Part shown: positions 59,239 to 64,000 of the stretch, in pieces
How positions within the stretch are numbered: the first letter of the stretch is position 1
How the letters are laid out: each line of letters starts with the position of its first letter
Source: Candidatus Sulfomarinibacteraceae bacterium
GTDB taxonomy: Bacteria > Acidobacteriota > Thermoanaerobaculia > Thermoanaerobaculales > Sulfomarinibacteraceae
Assembly: GCA_963796455.1 (NCBI GenBank)
Contig: CAWCLO010000004.1
Span: forward strand, 896,001-960,000
Direction: 5' to 3'
Length of the DNA stretch: 64,000 nt
Notes under the pieces: generated by a model
The model's database searches: none
What the model saw: only the letters and a program-made list of their open reading frames with translations
What the model was told of the DNA's origin: nothing
Translations under genes and position numbers: made by a program

Positions 59239-61807
59239 ATGAGACGATCAGCGATTCTTGCCACGTGCTTTGCAATCCTTGTTGCGCTGGCGGCTATCCC
59301 GATCAAGGCCGAGGAAGAAACGGCCCAGCCGAAGAACGTCATCGGAAAATGGCTCGTATTGGGGCCTGTTGCACAGCCCACTCCGGCCTTTGCAGATCAG
59401 GATTCCTGTGAAGCTTCGAATGATCTGCTCGAAATCAATCATCTGCCGACCGGGATTTTGTTTCCGTCACCTGGAGACGAGGTTGATTGTTTTGGCACGA
59501 ACACGAGTTGGAACTTGGTCGAGGCCGGGTCCGATGGCGCGATCGGGCTTGATGCCACGAGCGGCCATGAAGACGGCCAGCCCTCGGTCGTGTGGCTCGC
59601 CACCACGGTGCGAAATGATCGATTCAGCACCCTGAACCTCGAGATCGAAAGCGAGCACCCGGCGCGGTTTTTTCTGGATGATTCCGAGGTCGAGAGTGGT
59701 GACGAAATCGAACTTGCACGCGGCACGCATCAATTCCTCATCCAATCCGTGTTCGACCCCGAAGTCACCGAGACATGGTCGATTCGGACCGAGCTGTCCG
59801 GGGAATTCGCCGAGTCGATCGAGGTCTCGATCGACCAGGGGCGTGATCTCGGAATTCTCGATGTCACCGACATCACCACGGCCGCAGGCATCGATCTTTC
59901 TCCCGATGGACATCGTGTCGTAATGTCTCTGACGCGCGTCCTTCCCGGAACCGATCAACGTGAGTCGTGGATCGAAATCCGTTCGACGATCGATGGCTCG
60001 CTGCTGCGGACACTGCGGGGTTCCTCAGATATCAGCCAGGTCAGGTTCGCGCCCACCGGAGGCATGATCTCCTACGTATCACGGAATCCGAATACCAAGG
60101 AATACGATGTGCTGGTGGCGGATCAGGATCTGGGGTCGGCCTCGATCCTTATCCGTGGGGTGGCCGATTTTGAAAGTTACATATGGTCTCCCCTCGGAGA
60201 CCTCATCGTGTATTCGGTTGAAACAGAGGCCGAGCAGGATGAGCGCGGCATCAAACGGCTCCGCGGCCTGCTCGATCGAATGGCGGGGAATCGAGACCTG
60301 AGTTCGCTCTATGCGGCCTCCATACCCAGTGGCATCACGCGCAGGCTCACCTCAGGAGACCTGAGCGTGGGCGCCCTCGCTTTCTCACCCGATGGCACAC
60401 GGCTTCTGGTCACCCGGGAGCGGGAGGATCTGTCACAACGCCCGTATTCCGTCACCGAGCTCTGGGAACTGAATCTCGCGGACGGCGGAGCGCGCAAGCT
60501 TCGCGATGGTCGTTGGATACAGGACGCGGCTTACTCGCCCGACGGAAAGACGATCGTGGTTCAGGCGGGACCGAGTGAGTTCGGTGAAGCGGGAATCGCA
60601 GTGGGCCTCGAGGCGCCGGTCAACGATTACGACGGCCAGCTCTTTGTCTTTGATCCGGAAACAGATTCGGTGGATGCGATCACTCGGGATTTCGATCCGG
60701 CGGTTGCCTCGTTCCAATGGAGTGTTTTTGATGGGGCCGTATATTTGCTGGCGGCCGATGGCCACCGTCGCGGGCTCTTCCAATACTCGTTCGAGAAAAA
60801 AGAATTTCGACCCATCGACACCGGGATCGAGAGCCTGGAGTCCTTTGCCATAGCCGAAGAGGGTGCGACCATCGTCGCCTCCGGGACCTCGGTCTGGACG
60901 CCACAGCGGGTCATCGCCCTGGATGCCGAAGACGAAGAGCCGCGACTGATCGTCGAGCCGGGGGCCGCGCGCTTCCAAGGAGTGCGAAGGGGAGACGTCG
61001 AAACCTGGAACTTCAAGGCGAGCGACGGACGCCTGGTGAACGGGCGCGTCTATCTACCGGTGGGATTTGAACCGGGCGGGCAGTACCCTGCAATCGTCAA
61101 CTACTACGGCGGTACCTCGCCGATGAATCGAAGTTTCGGCGGCAGGTATCCTGCCGAATGGTGGGCGGCCAACGGTTATGTGGTTTATGTTCTGACCCCG
61201 ACCGGAGCCTACGGGTGGGGCCAGGACGAGTCGGCAGTCCACGTCAACGACTGGGGCGAGGTCACGAGTCGGCAGATCATCGAGGCGACCGGCGCTTTTC
61301 TCGAGGCCCATCCGTTCGTCGATCCGAAGCGAGTCGGCTGCATCGGCGCATCCTATGGCGGTTTCATGACCATGTCGCTGGTTACCAAGACCGATATCTT
61401 TGCGGCGGCGGTGGCCCACGCGGGGATTTCTGCTCTCGTCGTACTGGGGCGAGGGTTATTGGGGATACAGCTATGGGGCGGTGGCCAACGCCGACAGTTT
61501 TCCCTGGAGCCGGAAGGACATCTTTGTCGAGCGGAGCCCGCTCTTCAACGCCGACCAGGTGACGACCCCGGTTCTGCTGACCCACGGTGACGAGGACCCG
61601 AACGTGCCTCCGGGAGAAAGTGATCAGTTCTACGCAGCCCTCAAACTACTCGGCGTCGAAACCGAATACCTTCGGGTCGCTGGTCTCGGCCACCTGATCA
61701 TGGAGCACGACAAACGGGTGCTGTGGTCGCAGAGCATCGTGGCCTGGTTCGACCGCTGGCTGAAGGACCAACCCGAATGGTGGCAGGCGCTGTATCCTGA
61801 ATCCTAG
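59239..61807 (+). CDS. Secreted S9-family peptidase with extra N-terminal beta domain (frameshift near 61435)
   Basis: AAGGAG SD, MRRSAILATC signal; YYGG, GASYGG; after the frameshift SSYWGEGYWG, HGDEDPNVP, GH. Confidence 0.88.
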
Positions 61808-61874
61808 TGATCGTGGAAGATAGCGCGCGATCTTTTGTTGTATATGAAAAGATGGAGAAGCGGGAGTTTGAGCC

Positions 61875-62458
61875 ATGATGAGAGACCTCACAATCGTCGC
61901 CCTGGTTTTTGTGCTGGCAGGGGGCGTTCTCCTTGCGCAGGAAGCCGAGGAGGAAAAGGCGAAATACGTCTTTTTTGTCGAGGACTCCAAGGCGCGGGTG
62001 TGGGCGAATCTCACTCTCACCGGACAACGAGCCGACGAGCCCTACATTCCGATTGTCGTCGGCGTCCAGAACATCCAACAGAAATCGGTGACTCTGGATC
62101 AAGCGAGCTTCAGGATTTCGGATCTGGACGATCTGATCTATGTCATGCCTACCGTCAAGGCGTGGCGCAAGAGTTACGACAAAATCGTCATGGACCGGCG
62201 CACGATGTCCGCCTCGGGAATTCCCTGGCAGGTCTGGCAGACCGGACGGCGCCTTGGCGAGACCAATTTCTTTCCTGATCTGCGGTCCGAGAGAGGCAAT
62301 GTTCTGCGCGACTCGGTGACCCTTCGCAAGGGCTACGGCATGGTGGACATCCTTTATTTCGAGCGGCCGAGAAATTTCTCGCCAACCGTCCGTTCTTTCT
62401 CGAGGTCTGGGGTGAGGGTTGGGAATCACCTATCAAGATGCGGTTGATGGTGTTCTGA
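61875..62458 (+). CDS. Secreted hypothetical protein (probable frameshift near 62373)
   Basis: Signal peptide; restoring one A in AGAAATTT gives the protein-like tail FLANRPFFLEVWGEGWESPIKMRLMVF. Confidence 0.65.
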
Positions 62459-62682
62459 GAGACCGCCTTTCCAACATCCCTGAACAGTGCGTCCAGATCT
62501 TCCGCGTCCATCGCAAAATCGACTGTGTGGATAACACTCACCAGCAGGGCTGCTCAAAGGAACAAAAAGCCGCTCCGAAAACGGTCAGCCGTGTGAGTGT
62601 TTTCCTGGCCAAACTCATTGCTCTGGGAAAACCCGGTGTGGGCAGATAATTTCCGCCCGGGTGGTGGTGGTCTCCAGGATCA

Positions 62683-62698
62683 TGTGATAGATTTCACT
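62683..62698. promoter_or_regulatory. CRP/FNR- or Rex-like palindromic site upstream of the DUF1015 gene
   Basis: TGTGA-TAGATT-TCACT, 9/10 match to TGTGA-N6-TCACA, 40 bp before the ATG. Confidence 0.4.
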
Positions 62699-62738
62699 TG
62701 CTCGGCGGATCCCGCCGAAGTCACTACCGGAGACTACA

Positions 62739-63978
62739 ATGTCACGAGTCAAACCCTTTCGAGCCTGGCGGCCGCGAACAGAGATCTGCGATCAGGTGGC
62801 GAGCCCGCCATACGATGTCCTGTCGAGCGCGGAAGCGCGCGAGATGGCGGCCGATAACCCAAATTCGTTTCTCCACGTCGTCAAACCCGAGATCGATCTC
62901 GAGCCGGGGACCGATGTTTACGCGCCTGAGGTCTATGCCACCGGGGCCGCCAATCTAAGCGGTTGATGGATGAGAAGATCCTGGTTCAGGAGAAAGCCCG
63001 GCACTGTATCTGTATCGGCAACGGATGGGGGACCACGTGCAGACGGGTCTCGTGGCCGGCGCGAGCGTCGATGAATACGAAGCGGATCTGATCAAGAAAC
63101 ACGAACACACCCGTCCGGTCAAAGAAGACGATCGAACCCGCCATATCGATACGCTCAACGCCAACACCGGACCGGTTTTTCTGACCTATAAGGCCCGCCC
63201 CGAGATCGATGCTCTGGTGGATCGACTGACGGCGGCGGATCCGACCTATGATTTCGTCGCTCCGGATGGCATCCAGCACGTGCTCTGGGTTGTTGACGAG
63301 CCTGCCGACCGGGATGCCCTGGTTGACGCATTCGGCCGGGTGCCGGAGTTGTACGTGGCAGACGGTCATCACAGATCTGCGGCCGGGACCCGGATCCGGG
63401 CCCTGCGGCGCGACGCCAACCCGGATCACACCGGTACCGAGGCCTACAACTACTTTCTTTCCGTGATCTTTCCGGACAACCAAATGATGATTCTCGACTA
63501 CAACCGGATCATCAAGGACCTCAACGATCTCGACCCCGAGACATTTCTCGAAAAGGCCGCGCTGCATTTTGACGTCGAACCGGCAGATGACGGCCGTCCG
63601 GCCGGGGTTCGGAGCTTTGGTATGTACCTTGATGGCCGCTGGTACCGGCTGACCGCCAAACCTGACAGCGTCCCGGAAGAAGACCCGGTCAACCGCCTCG
63701 ATGTGGCGCTCCTGCAAAACAACCTCCTCGCGCCCGTACTCGGTATCGGCGACCCGAGATCCGACGAACGCATCGATTTCGTAGGTGGAATTCGTGGCCT
63801 CGGGGAGCTCGAGCGGCGGGTGGAATCGGGCGATTGGGCGGTGGCATTCGCGCTGCACCCCACATCCATCGACCAGCTCTTCGCGGTTGCCGATGCCGGT
63901 TTGGTGATGCCTCCGAAGTCGACCTGGTTCGAGCCCAAACTGCGTTCGGGCCTCATCGTGAGACCACTCGACGACTGA
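62739..63978 (+). CDS. DUF1015-family protein (two single-base frameshifts near 62958 and 62998)
   Basis: KPFRAWRP, ASPPYDV, SFLHV; IKKHEHT, YVADGHHR, YNR, MPPKSTWFEPKLRSGL; restoring two bases gives 413 aa. Confidence 0.9.
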
Positions 63979-64000
63979 GGATGACGAGGAGGGAATCATG

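Noticed and set aside
62526..62534. DnaA box (TGTGGATAA) suggesting oriC
   Set aside because: A single box, with no box cluster, unwinding element or dnaA/dnaN nearby.
61430..63000. Programmed ribosomal frameshifting
   Set aside because: No slippery heptamers or evident stimulatory structures; the clustering and homopolymer context fit sequencing error.

Overview
A gene-dense, GC-rich bacterial chromosomal window with about 40 CDS and the RNase P RNA gene (rnpB). I found no rRNA, tRNA, CRISPR array, phage gene or transposase. Gene style (Ser/Thr kinase with TolB-like propellers, many secreted peptidases, large multiheme cytochromes) suggests an anaerobic or sediment Acidobacteriota; this is inference. 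Recognisable genes include ispG, recG, manB, mntP, ldcA, arsS, an SRAP protein and a carbamoyltransferase-SxtJ-SxtK-like triad. Highlights: (1) three copies of a modular non-coding element of 600-900 bp, built from triplicated 9-10 nt motifs in inverted arms around a ~143 bp hairpin core that shows compensatory base changes and GNA triloops, plus several other REP-like and 6-8-mer repeat families; (2) a head-to-head pair of an ImcH-like NapC/NirT cytochrome and a 23-heme CbcL-like b/c cytochrome; (3) a PLP aminotransferase followed by a GCS2-ligase/M20-hydrolase fusion; (4) a ClpX-like ATPase lacking its Zn domain, GYVG and IGF loops, coupled to an M29 aminopeptidase; (5) an acyl-CoA ligase/pseudokinase/GNAT fusion; (6) recG apparently starting at CTG. 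Several frameshifts, mostly near the right end, look like long-read indel errors. All family assignments are from motif recognition by eye, not database searches.
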